From the NCBI GenBank assembly GCA_963813535.1, contig CAWEZH010000002.1, positions 1,216,001 through 1,280,000 of the forward strand: a stretch of 64,000 bases of DNA, in the 5' to 3' direction. The notes under the pieces were generated by a model. That model saw nothing but the letters and a program-made list of their open reading frames with translations. It had not been told where the DNA came from and ran no database searches. How positions within the stretch are numbered: position 1 is the first letter of the stretch; the number at the start of each line of letters is the position of its first letter. Positions 9,755-18,571 of the stretch are shown here, piece by piece. The position numbers were made by a program, and so were the translations under genes. Origin of the DNA: an uncultured Chloroflexia bacterium (GTDB lineage: Bacteria > Chloroflexota > Limnocylindria > Limnocylindrales > CSP1-4).

Positions 9755-12502
9755 GTGGCAAGGACCCGAAACGCGGCGAGCGCGCTCATCGACCGGCATG
9801 CCGAGCGAGCGCATCTCGACTCCCTCATAGCCGAAGCCCGAACCGGGACGAGCGGTAGCGTCGTCATGCGCGGTGGGGCCGGCGTCGGGAAGAGTGCGCT
9901 CCTCGAGTCTGTCCCCAAACAGGCGGCCGGCTGTCGCCTGGTGTGGGCGGCAGGCATCGAGTCCGAGATGGAGTTGCCCTTCGCAGGCCTGCACCAGCTC
10001 TGTGCGCCGCTCCTCGACGAGCTCCCGCGACTGCCGGGTCCGCAAGCCGATGCGCTGGCAACCGCGTTCGGGCTGCGGAGTGGCCCGCCGCCGGATCAGT
10101 TCCTGGTCGGGCTGGCCGTGTTGACGCTGCTCGCCGACAGCGCCGAGCGGAAGCCCCTGATCTGCGTCGTCGATGACGCGCAGTGGCTCGACCGGGTCTC
10201 CGCGTTGGTCCTGGGTTTCGTCGCGCGCCGCCTCGCCGCCGAGTCCGTCGTCATGATCTTCGCGATTCGCGAGCCGTGGGAGTCCCGGGACCTGGCGGGC
10301 CTTCCGGAGGTGACGATCGGGCCACTCGCAGAGCGGCACGCGCGCGAACTCCTCCGCATGGCCATCCTGGGCCGCGTCGATGCGTCCGTTCGGGAACGGA
10401 TCCTGGCCGAGGCGCGGGGCAATCCGCTCGCGTTGTTGGAACTGCCGCGCGCCTGGTCGCCGGCCGCCATCGCCGGCGGTTTCGGCCTGCCCGACAGCGT
10501 GTCCGTCTCCGAGCGGATCGAGGAGAGTTTCCGCCGGCGTCTCGCGCCGCTCCCGGACGACAGTCGGCACCTCCTGTTGGTCGCGGCGGCGGAACCGGTC
10601 GGTGACCCAGCCCTCGTCCTCGCGGCCGCCGACAACCTCGGGATCCCGGCCGACGCAGCAGGGCCTGCGATCGCCACCGGTCTGCTGGACATCGGAAGCG
10701 AGGTGCGGTTCCGTCACCCGCTTGTTCGCACTGTGGTCTATCGGGAGGCCTCGGACGACGACCGGCGACGGGTCCATGCCGCCCTAGCGAGCGCGACCGA
10801 CCCGGCACGCGAACCGGATCGCAGGGTGTGGCACCTCGCCGCGGCCACCGTCGGACCGGACGAGGAGGTCGCGATCGAGCTGGAAGAATCAGCCGATCGG
10901 GCGCAGGCGCGTGGCGGGATCGCAGCCGGCGCAGCCTTCCTCGATCGTTCCGTCGAGTTGACGGGCGATCCCGCGCGCAGGGCGGAGCGCGCGCTTGCCG
11001 CTGCGCAGGCGAGCCTCCAGGCCGGAGCGAGCGAGATGGCGCTCCGTAGGCTGGCCACCGCCGAGGCGGCCGCAACCAACGAATTCCAGCGTGCCCGGGT
11101 GGCCCTGCTGCGCGGCTATGCGACCACAGCTGCATTCGGGAGCGACGGACCTGCCCTCCTGCTCGATGCCGCCAAGCGGCTCGAGCCGTTCAGCCTCGAG
11201 CTCGCGCGCGAGACCTACCTCATCGCGTGGGGAGGGGCCGTCGTCGCCGGCGACGAAGATGTCGGTCTCGATATCTGCCGGGCGGTTCAGGCGCTGTCGC
11301 CGTCGCAGCCCCGGGGTGCCCTCGATTTGGTGGTCGATGCCGTCACGCGGTTGACGATGGACGGACCCGCTGTCGCGATCCCTGCGTTGCAGCGTGCGGC
11401 TCGGGCGACGGTCGAGCTCCCAGTGGAGGAGGTGCTTCGTTGGGGGTGGGCGGCGGTGGCGGCCAGCCATGCCGTGTGGGATGACGACCTCCAACGCGAG
11501 ACGCTCGAGCGGCAGATACGCCTCCTTCGCGACGTTGGCGCGCTCGGACAGCTGGTGATCCCGCTGTCCGCGTTGGGCGTGGCCACGGCCTCGACGGGCG
11601 ACTTCGCCGGTGCCGCCGTCCTCTTCGCGGAGGCTCAGAGCGTTGCCGCGGCGATCGGAAGCCCGATCGCGCCCTATACCAGGCTCAGGATCGCGGCCCT
11701 CCGCGGACGCGAACCGGAGGTTTCACCGATGATCTCGAGCGCGCTCGAGCAGGCAGCGGCCACGAGTCAAGGGCTCGCCTCGAGGCAGGCCCACGGTGCA
11801 GCCGCAATCCTCTCCAACGGTTTGGGCCGATACGAGGAAGCAATGACAGCCGCCCGGGAGGCCGCCGGCAACCGGATGGACCACCCGTCGGCGATGCTCG
11901 GACTGCCGGAGCTTGTCGAGGGTGCCGCGCGATCCGGCGACGTCGAGGTCGGACGTGACGCCCTCGATCGGCTGTCGGCGATGACCCATGGCTGCGGGAC
12001 GGACTACCCGCTCGGCATCGAGGCGCGCTCACGGGCGCTGCTAAGCAACGACGCCGACGCCGAGATGCTCTACCGCGAGGCGATCGAACGGCTCGGCCGC
12101 ACTCGGCTGCGCCCCGATCTCGCGCGCGCCCATCTCGTCTACGGGGAGTGGCTGCGGCGCGAAAGCCGCCGGGTCGATGCGCGCGAGCAACTCAGGACAG
12201 CCCACGACCTGTTCCAGAAGATCGGCATGGAGGCATTCGGGGAGCGCGCCCGCCGGGAATTGCTGGCGACCGGGGAGCGGGTCCGCAAGCGGAGCGTCGA
12301 GACGCAGGATCAGCTCACGCCGCAGGAGTTGCAGATCGCCCGCCTCGCGGCCGACGGGAAGACGAACCCCGAGATCGGCGCCCAGCTGTTCCTGAGCCGG
12401 CGGACGGTCGAGTGGCATCTCCACAAGGCCTTTACGAAGCTCGACATCGACTCCCGACGCGCCCTCCCGGCCGCGCTCGAGGGGGTAGCGCCGACGCCCT
12501 GA
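9755..12502 (+). CDS. LAL-type regulator (AAA ATPase plus LuxR HTH), paralog of 3365..6124
   Basis: GGAGVGKS, VVDDAQWLD, GNPLALLEL, LTPQELQIARLAADGKTNPEIGAQLFLSRRTVEWHL. Start placed at GTG 9755 after GGGAGG (uncertain). Confidence 0.93.
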   Translation: MARTRNAASALIDRHAERAHLDSLIAEARTGTSGSVVMRGGAGVGKSALLESVPKQAAGCRLVWAAGIESEMELPFAGLHQLCAPLLDELPRLPGPQADALATAFGLRSGPPPDQFLVGLAVLTLLADSAERKPLICVVDDAQWLDRVSALVLGFVARRLAAESVVMIFAIREPWESRDLAGLPEVTIGPLAERHARELLRMAILGRVDASVRERILAEARGNPLALLELPRAWSPAAIAGGFGLPDSVSVSERIEESFRRRLAPLPDDSRHLLLVAAAEPVGDPALVLAAADNLGIPADAAGPAIATGLLDIGSEVRFRHPLVRTVVYREASDDDRRRVHAALASATDPAREPDRRVWHLAAATVGPDEEVAIELEESADRAQARGGIAAGAAFLDRSVELTGDPARRAERALAAAQASLQAGASEMALRRLATAEAAATNEFQRARVALLRGYATTAAFGSDGPALLLDAAKRLEPFSLELARETYLIAWGGAVVAGDEDVGLDICRAVQALSPSQPRGALDLVVDAVTRLTMDGPAVAIPALQRAARATVELPVEEVLRWGWAAVAASHAVWDDDLQRETLERQIRLLRDVGALGQLVIPLSALGVATASTGDFAGAAVLFAEAQSVAAAIGSPIAPYTRLRIAALRGREPEVSPMISSALEQAAATSQGLASRQAHGAAAILSNGLGRYEEAMTAAREAAGNRMDHPSAMLGLPELVEGAARSGDVEVGRDALDRLSAMTHGCGTDYPLGIEARSRALLSNDADAEMLYREAIERLGRTRLRPDLARAHLVYGEWLRRESRRVDAREQLRTAHDLFQKIGMEAFGERARRELLATGERVRKRSVETQDQLTPQELQIARLAADGKTNPEIGAQLFLSRRTVEWHLHKAFTKLDIDSRRALPAALEGVAPTP

Positions 12503-12533
12503 CTCACGTCCAAGGCCAGATGTCACGGCACGG

Positions 12534-12555
12534 ACCAGTGAGTCCACGGGCGCGA
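12534..12555 (+). promoter_or_regulatory. Conserved upstream motif, copy D (ACCAGTG-AGTCCA-CGGGCGCGA)
   Basis: Lies ~77 nt upstream of the VOC gene start. Confidence 0.7.
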
Positions 12556-12631
12556 ATCCGTCCGCCTCGGTGCCAGCGTGTTCCAATCGCGCGGCGCGAT
12601 GGTGCCGCGCTCGCGGACAGGAGCGGTGCTC

Positions 12632-13057
12632 GTGGACATGAAGCTGGCGGTCTTGGTGCTTCCAGTCTCGGACGTCGAACGCGCCAAGCGGTTCTACCGT
12701 CTCGTCGGATTCCGCGAAGACATCGACCACGCCTCGGGCGAAGACTTCCGCGTGGTCCAGTTCACGCCGCCAGGATCGGAAGCCTCCATCATCTTCGGCA
12801 CGGGGATCACCACCGCGGCGCCAGGCTCGGCGCGAGGACTCCACCTGGTCGTGACCGACGTTGAGGCGGCTCAGACCGAACTCTTGGCGCGCGGCGTCGA
12901 CGTCAGCCACATCTTCCACGACCTGGGCGGTGTGTTCTACCACGCGTCGCCCGCGTTCGAGGTTCCCGGCCCGGATCCGGCGCGGCGCGACCGTGGCTCT
13001 TTCGCCCGCTTCAGCGATCCGGACGGAAACGCGTGGGTGCTCCAGGAGGGCACGTAG
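12632..13057 (+). CDS. VOC/glyoxalase family protein
   Basis: PVSDVERAKRFY, VQFTPPGS, FSDPDGNAWVLQE. GTG follows an AGGAG RBS. Confidence 0.92.
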   Translation: MDMKLAVLVLPVSDVERAKRFYRLVGFREDIDHASGEDFRVVQFTPPGSEASIIFGTGITTAAPGSARGLHLVVTDVEAAQTELLARGVDVSHIFHDLGGVFYHASPAFEVPGPDPARRDRGSFARFSDPDGNAWVLQEGT

Positions 13058-13224
13058 CCCCCGGCATCACCGCGCCCCGACCCGCCATCGACCAGTGACG
13101 GAGCAGGGGTCTTCGCGGATGCGAACCGGTGGCGACGTCATCCAACCTGCAGGACGCGGACAAGAATGCACGGCGATCGGTGTCAGTGCATCGCCCGCGC
13201 AGGAACCGATTGGAGGTTGGGACC

Positions 13225-13797
13225 ATGCTTGCCTCGCTCGCCGGTCAAAGCTGGGGAATGTTCGTCGTCCGCGGGTTGCTCGCGCTGACCCTCGGCGCGC
13301 TTGCGTTCGTCGCCCCTGGGCCGACGCTCGCCGCCTTGATCCTCGTCTTCGCGGCCTACGCGATCGTTGACGGCCTGATCGCCATCGGGCTCGGATTTGC
13401 GGTGCCACGTGGGCCGAGCTGGTGGCTCGTGGTTGGCGGCGTTATCGCTGTCGCGATCGGCATCTACACGGCATTCAACCCGGAAATCACAGCCACCGCG
13501 CTAGTCATCCTGATCGGGGCGTTCGCGATCGTTCGCGGCGTCGCCGAAGTCGCGTCGGCGGTTGTCCTGCGGAACGTCATCGACAACTCATTGCTCTACG
13601 TGTTGAGTGGCGTCGTCGGGATCGCCTTCGGCGCGTACCTCGTGGTGTCGCCCGGCGACGGCGCGCTGGCCGTCCTCTTCGTCATCGGGTTCTATGCGCT
13701 CTTCGCCGGCGTCATGTACCTCGCGATCGGAATGCGCCTGCGAAGTTTCGCCAAGACGACGCAGACCGAAGCGACCGGAGCGCAGACAGCTTCCTGA
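13225..13797 (+). CDS. HdeD/DUF308 family membrane protein
   Basis: WGMFVVRGLLALTLG...YAIVDG pattern with six hydrophobic segments. GGAGG RBS. Confidence 0.88.
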   Translation: MLASLAGQSWGMFVVRGLLALTLGALAFVAPGPTLAALILVFAAYAIVDGLIAIGLGFAVPRGPSWWLVVGGVIAVAIGIYTAFNPEITATALVILIGAFAIVRGVAEVASAVVLRNVIDNSLLYVLSGVVGIAFGAYLVVSPGDGALAVLFVIGFYALFAGVMYLAIGMRLRSFAKTTQTEATGAQTAS

Positions 13798-13830
13798 CTG
13801 GCGACAGACGGTTTGGCTCGGGCTAGTCGT

Positions 13831-14238
13831 ATGGATCCGGACGCGGCGGTGCCCGTTCAGTTCTATCAGTCCACGATTGCGATCGAACTGGCGGTCACCG
13901 GCGCGCTCTTGTTCCAGATCCGCTACTTCGAGCCGCGGGAGTCGGACACCGAGAGGGAGCTTCCCGATCCTCGGCTCCGGCTGCTGGTAGCGGTGATCCT
14001 CGGGGCGACCGTGTTCGGCTCGCTAGATGCGATCGTGCACCGCGCGGGGCTGGAGGTGGCGATCGCCGTCGCAATCGGCGTTGCGTTGTCGGTCCTGCCG
14101 ATTCTCACACGCGTGCTACCGCCGCTTGTCGGCGAGGCACATCCTGACGGCCGACGATCGGTTTCCACCGTCACGGCCATCGGCTTAGTGTTGTACGTGG
14201 TCGCGGTCGGTGGCCTGGTGGTCGTCCTGAATCGCTAA
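13831..14238 (+). CDS. Hypothetical membrane protein
   Basis: ORF with about four hydrophobic segments (FYQSTIAIELAVTGALLFQ). Confidence 0.65.
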   Translation: MDPDAAVPVQFYQSTIAIELAVTGALLFQIRYFEPRESDTERELPDPRLRLLVAVILGATVFGSLDAIVHRAGLEVAIAVAIGVALSVLPILTRVLPPLVGEAHPDGRRSVSTVTAIGLVLYVVAVGGLVVVLNR

Positions 14239-14334
14239 CCGGCCTTCAATCGCCGACACGCCCGGCAGGAGGCTAGAGCCCCGCTGCGAACGATTCGAGG
14301 GCGACATCGAACTGTAGTCGCGAGCAGGACCAGT

Positions 14335-14490
14335 CCAGCTTGACTGCCAGCTCTACGGTCAGCTCGCGTCAATCAGGTGATCACGGAGCGTGCACCTGAT
14401 ATCCGCAGCGGCGAGTCACCTGATTCGTCGAAAACCATCGTCTTGACGGTTCGCGTTCACGCACGAAACTCGTCCAACGAGCACGAAAAG
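14335..14490. repeat. Short repeats next to the att core (possible integrase arm or accessory-protein sites)
   Basis: CAGCT x3 at 12-nt spacing (14336/14348/14360). CACCTGAT at 14393 and 14417, inverted at 14372. GCACGAAA at 14461 and 14481. Confidence 0.45.
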
Positions 14491-14501
14491 CGGTCACCTT
14501 C

Positions 14502-14546
14502 CTCTGGATCAGGAGATCGAAGGTTCAAATCCTTCCTCGCCAGCCA
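14502..14546 (+). mobile_element. att site: duplicated 3' half of tRNA-Gln(CTG)
   Basis: CT-CTG-GA anticodon loop, TCAGG, T-arm GAAGG-TTCAAAT-CCTTC, acceptor strand CTCGCCAG-CCA. No 5' half (TGGCGAG...D-arm) upstream. Confidence 0.85.
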
Positions 14547-14620
14547 TTACCCCACGAGGCTCCGCAACGTCGCACTCGCCCAGTCGTGGACCGATTCGGC
14601 GACCATGGGAGGGGAAGGGT

Positions 14621-15115
14621 ATGGCGGGTCGGATGAAGGCTGCGCTTGGCAGTCTCGCCTTCCTGGTCCTCGCCCCCGGCGTGGTCGGCGGCCTGATGCC
14701 CTGGCTGATCACCCACTGGCGCCCGCTGCCGCCGGGCGACCTCCCTGGCGCCCTCCGCTGGACTGGTCTCATCCTGATCGCGGCGGGCCTCGCCGTCGTC
14801 CTTGAAGCCTTCGCCCGCTTCGCATGGGTGGGGCTTGGCACTCCGGCCCCGGTCGCGCCCACCCGCACCCTGGTGGTCAGCGGCTTCTACCGATTCGTCC
14901 GCAACCCGATGTACGTCGCGGTCACCGCCCTGATCTTCGGCCAGGCCGTCCTCTTCGGCAGCTGGAGCGTCGCCCTCTACGGGGTGGTGATCGCCGCCGC
15001 GTTCTACACCTTCGTGCGTCTCTACGAGGAGCCGACCCTGCGCCGGGCCTACGGCGAGGAATACGCCGCCTACTGCGCCGCCACACCCCGCTGGATCCCC
15101 CGCCTCAGGCGCTAG
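14621..15115 (+). CDS. Isoprenylcysteine carboxylmethyltransferase/PEMT family protein
   Basis: GLGTPAPVAPT, LVVSGFYRFVRNPMY, YEEPTLRRAYGEEY...PRWIP. Confidence 0.92.
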   Translation: MAGRMKAALGSLAFLVLAPGVVGGLMPWLITHWRPLPPGDLPGALRWTGLILIAAGLAVVLEAFARFAWVGLGTPAPVAPTRTLVVSGFYRFVRNPMYVAVTALIFGQAVLFGSWSVALYGVVIAAAFYTFVRLYEEPTLRRAYGEEYAAYCAATPRWIPRLRR

Positions 15116-15156
15116 GCCGCTCTCACCAGGGTTCCTCGGCGTCGTACACTGGCGAC

Positions 15157-15319
15157 GGCGCGTTCCCGCGCCCGACTGCCAGACCGAGCCCCCACGCGGC
15201 GCGGCGAAGCGGCGGTAAAGGGGATCCGAATCCTCGGGACGAACCGGTCGACCATCCGACCGGCCGACGACGTGGCGGTGTGGGCGTGTGCGTCGACGGC
15301 CGTGACGGAGAACAGACCG
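15157..15319 (+). ncRNA. Candidate structured cis-regulatory 5' leader
   Basis: TACACT -10 box at 15145. Hairpins at 15220-15235 and 15244-15263. Long-range pairing 15188-15197/15278-15285, and 15162-15179/15290-15313 covering the SD. Confidence 0.5.
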
Positions 15320-16675
15320 ATGACCACCCACAAGGCCTTCAAGCGGCTGGTGCGCGCGCGCATGGCCAAGACCGGGGAGCGATACGCTGCCGCCCGACGG
15401 ACCCTGGTCGAGGGCGCCACGGACGGACATCACGCGGAGTCGACGGCGGCCGCCACCACCTCGTCGGGCTATCTGATGCGCGGCGGCCTCCACCCGGAGA
15501 CGGCAACGCTGGCCAACGTGCTGGCGAACCAGGGCGTCATTTCGGGCGTGACTGGCGAGCCCTTGACCGAGGCCGCGATCCTCGGCATCGGCGGCGGCCT
15601 GGGCGCCGGCTACATCCTCTGGGAGTTCAAGAGCCACGGCGGGCCGATCCTCACCCTCGGATTCCGGAATCAGTGGCAATACCCGTCGATCCCCGGCTGG
15701 ACCGGCAAGACGCTCGAGCGCCTCGGCATCGAGCCCGACGTGCACGAGACCGGCGGCGCGAAAGGAGCTCGCGAGGCGCTCGATGCACGCCTGGACGTCG
15801 GCGAGCCCGTCATCGCCGCGATCGATCTCCAGTCGGTCGGGATCTGGGGACAAACCGACGCGCTGTCGGGGCACTTCGGTCTCGTCGTCGTCGTCTTCGG
15901 ACGTGACGCCGATGGCTCGTACCTCGTGGATGATCGTGGCCTGAGCCCGTTCCGAGTGCCACCGGCAGTGATGGCCGCCGCACGCGGACGGATCGGCTCA
16001 TTCAAGCACCGGATCGTCGGGTTGCGAACGTCGCCCGGACCGATCCCGGCCGAACGGCTTCGGGCGGCGATGCTCGCTGGCCTCGAGGACCAGGTGGATC
16101 ACCTGCGATCCCCCTCCGACTCCTTCTCGCTCCCGGCCTGGCGCAAGTGGGCCCGCCTGATGACCGACCAGCGGAACGCGAAGGCGTGGCCGCGCGTCTT
16201 CGCCGACGGCCACGGCCTATTCGGCTCGCTGTCCGCCCTCCACGAAAACGTCGATGGCGAGGTCGGGCCATGGGGTGGGCACTTGCGAGAGCTGTATGCC
16301 GCCTCACTCGATGAAGCGGCGGTCGCGCTCGACAACCCTGCGCTCTGCGACGCGGCGCGGGCGTGGCGGGGTGTCGCCGACCGATGGGAGGAGCTGGCCG
16401 ACGCAGCCGTACCGCCAGATCTCGACGGGGCAGCCGAGGCGGTCGAGGCGGTCGAGACACTTCGCGAGGCGGTGATGGCCGGCGAATCGGGACGGTCGCG
16501 TGTGAGCGTCGCCGCGGAGACCGCGTGGGCGATCCGTGATCGCTACGCCGAGGCCTTCCCGCTGCCACCAGACCGCATCGCGGCGATCCTCGAGGATCTC
16601 AGTGATCGGCTCGGCGCGATATACCAGGCGGAGGTCGAGGCGCTCGACACGACCGCCCAGGCCATCGGCAGATGA
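15320..16675 (+). CDS. BtrH-N/DUF4872-like protein with a basic N-terminal KRLVRARMAKTGERYAAARR module
   Basis: GGLHPETATLANVL, TEAAILGIGGGLGAGY, YLVDDR, WPRVF. GGAG RBS. Confidence 0.8.
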   Translation: MTTHKAFKRLVRARMAKTGERYAAARRTLVEGATDGHHAESTAAATTSSGYLMRGGLHPETATLANVLANQGVISGVTGEPLTEAAILGIGGGLGAGYILWEFKSHGGPILTLGFRNQWQYPSIPGWTGKTLERLGIEPDVHETGGAKGAREALDARLDVGEPVIAAIDLQSVGIWGQTDALSGHFGLVVVVFGRDADGSYLVDDRGLSPFRVPPAVMAAARGRIGSFKHRIVGLRTSPGPIPAERLRAAMLAGLEDQVDHLRSPSDSFSLPAWRKWARLMTDQRNAKAWPRVFADGHGLFGSLSALHENVDGEVGPWGGHLRELYAASLDEAAVALDNPALCDAARAWRGVADRWEELADAAVPPDLDGAAEAVEAVETLREAVMAGESGRSRVSVAAETAWAIRDRYAEAFPLPPDRIAAILEDLSDRLGAIYQAEVEALDTTAQAIGR

Positions 16676-16883
16676 GGCGCTAGCCGCAGGAGCGACGGTG
16701 ACTCCAGGAGCTCGTTAGGGTGTTGGCCCTATTCCAATCAGACGCATGACGCACCTACCCTTGTGTGCGCCCCGGTCATGGTCCTCGACGCGTGATCCCG
16801 CCCTCCCCCCGGCGGCCAGCCTGTCGAGGCCGACCGGGGCACTCCGTCTAGGTCGGGCGGGAACCGAGCTGGAGGGGACTCCG

Positions 16884-17636
16884 ATGGTCAGCCCGAACCA
16901 CTCGTCCGCCACAGAGCAGCTGGCTCTCCCGAAGCTGCTTGCGCTCTTCCTGGTCCCAGGCGCGCTCATGACGGTCGTGTATGTCGTGATCGCCCCCTTC
17001 ATCGAGACGTCCGGGTTCCCGCCGATCGCCGCTCTGCTAGTGGCGATCCTGATCGTGCTCGTGCCGTTCGAGCTCGGGGTGATCCTGCGGGCAAGCCGCG
17101 GCCGCCCAGGGGGAATCGGCTCTGTGATCCCGTATCGCCGGCCGCTGCCCTTCCGCGACTGGCTGTGGCTGGTACCGGTCCTCATCGTCGCCGAGTTCGT
17201 TGGTTTCGGCCTGTCGATGGCGATCGAACCGACGGTCATCGGTAGCCTGTTCGGTTGGGTGCCGGACTGGTTCGTACGCCCGATCGACCCGGACCGGGTC
17301 GGCGACTACACCCGCGAGGCGTGGCTCCTGACGCTGGGCGCCTACTTCGTCCTGAACGGCTTCGTTGGCCCGATCGTCGAAGAGTCGTACTTCCGCGGCT
17401 ATCTCCTCCCCCGCATGGAGTGGATGGGCCGCTGGGCCCCGCTTGTCAATGTCAGCCTGTTCTCGGTGTACCACTTCTGGTCACCGTGGCAGGTGCTCGG
17501 CCGGATCCTGGCGCTCGCCCCGACGGTCTATGCCGTGCGCTGGAAGGAGAATGTCTACCTCGGCATGGTCGTCCATTGCACGGGGAACATCCTGGGCATC
17601 GTCCTGGTGGGTAGCCTGGTCCTCGGTCGGCTCTGA
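16884..17636 (+). CDS. CPBP (CAAX protease/Abi) family intramembrane metalloprotease
   Basis: EESYFRGYL, FSVYHFW, VHCTGN motifs. Confidence 0.92.
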   Translation: MVSPNHSSATEQLALPKLLALFLVPGALMTVVYVVIAPFIETSGFPPIAALLVAILIVLVPFELGVILRASRGRPGGIGSVIPYRRPLPFRDWLWLVPVLIVAEFVGFGLSMAIEPTVIGSLFGWVPDWFVRPIDPDRVGDYTREAWLLTLGAYFVLNGFVGPIVEESYFRGYLLPRMEWMGRWAPLVNVSLFSVYHFWSPWQVLGRILALAPTVYAVRWKENVYLGMVVHCTGNILGIVLVGSLVLGRL

Positions 17637-17644
17637 CAGTGATC

Positions 17645-17679
17645 CAAGATGGCCCACGAGTCGAATCGCGTAGGGAGCA
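17645..17679 (+). pseudogene. Possible degenerate tRNA 3'-half remnant (Glu-like)
   Basis: CAAGATGG-CCC-ACGAG-TCGAAT-CGCGT-AGGGAGCA resembles an anticodon-stem 3' strand, a T-arm (ACGGG-TTCGAAT-CCCGT) and an acceptor strand, with several mismatches. Confidence 0.3.
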
Positions 17680-17689
17680 GGACTCGCGT

Positions 17690-17776
17690 CTAGAGACCAC
17701 CCCGCTTGAACCAGCACATGCGTAGCGCGATCAGGAAAACGATGGCCCAGATCGACGTTGATACGACAGGTTCCAC
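17690..17776 (-). CDS. Putative 28-aa single-TM microprotein (MEPVVSTSIWAIVFLIALRMCWFKRGGL)
   Basis: GGAGG 6 nt before GTG; hydrophobic core with a basic tail. Confidence 0.5.
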   Translation of the reverse strand: MEPVVSTSIWAIVFLIALRMCWFKRGGL

Positions 17777-17939
17777 GTCCGGCCTCCGATGCCCCCTGTC
17801 ATGTGACAGCATCCCGCGTGGCGTCAAGCACCGCGACGCCAGTCCCGTGTTGCGCTTGTTGCGATACGGCGAGCCTCGTTGCGGCGTCGTGCAAGGTCGT
17901 TGATGCCACTCTTTGCGTTGAACCGAGGAGGCGAGACGC

Positions 17940-18257
17940 ATGGAAGACCAGCATCCGATCCGAAGAGCGCTCGACCCCGACGAAGAGATCCACGTCGAGG
18001 CTCCGGCCGGCGACAGTGTGGTCGTCGTGACGAGCCGGAGGCTCGCCATCGGGTCGAACGAGCGGCTCGCGCTCGATGTGCCGATCGACAATCTCCGTCG
18101 CATCCAGTTCGATATCGAGCGCGACCGGCCCGCGACACTCGTGGTGGTTCCCCAGCGCCCGACCGATGAACCGCAGGTCCTCGCCGTACGACCGTCTGAC
18201 TATCCCGGTGTCGCTAACGCGTTGGTGGTCATCGGTCAGCGGCTGGCCGGGATCTAG
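17940..18257 (+). CDS. Hypothetical protein, bacterial PH-domain-like
   Basis: GAGGAGG RBS. LDPDEEI...VVVVTSRRLAI...VPIDNLRRIQF pattern. Confidence 0.75.
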   Translation: MEDQHPIRRALDPDEEIHVEAPAGDSVVVVTSRRLAIGSNERLALDVPIDNLRRIQFDIERDRPATLVVVPQRPTDEPQVLAVRPSDYPGVANALVVIGQRLAGI

Positions 18258-18285
18258 GCGCTGCCCCGATCCACTCACGTCCCCA

Positions 18286-18375
18286 TCAACTAGCCACGCA
18301 GCCACCCACCAGGGCCCAGAACACACCGCCGCCGAGCAGCAGGATCGCCAGGAAGACCAGGATCCCACGCGCCAT
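18286..18375 (-). CDS. Putative 29-aa single-TM microprotein (MARGILVFLAILLLGGGVFWALVGGCVAS)
   Basis: AAGGAGGT RBS just before ATG, GC3-rich codons, hydrophobic helix. Confidence 0.65.
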   Translation of the reverse strand: MARGILVFLAILLLGGGVFWALVGGCVAS

Positions 18376-18571
18376 GCCGACCTCCTTCGCCGGTGGGGAG
18401 TTTTTCGAGACATGGTCGGGCCAGCGCCTTACGCAGCAACGTCGAACGACCTGCGCCGCGCATGCATCGACATGGCAATCTGAGTCCCGGCGCGTGCCGA
18501 TACGACGTCAACGGCTTGGCCGCGCTCCCATCCACAGTGGCCACGGATGCGCAAGGAACGGTGAGGATCAG

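Noticed and set aside
14502-14546. Intact tRNA-Gln gene
   Set aside because: The acceptor 5' strand and D-arm are absent; it is treated as an att duplication.
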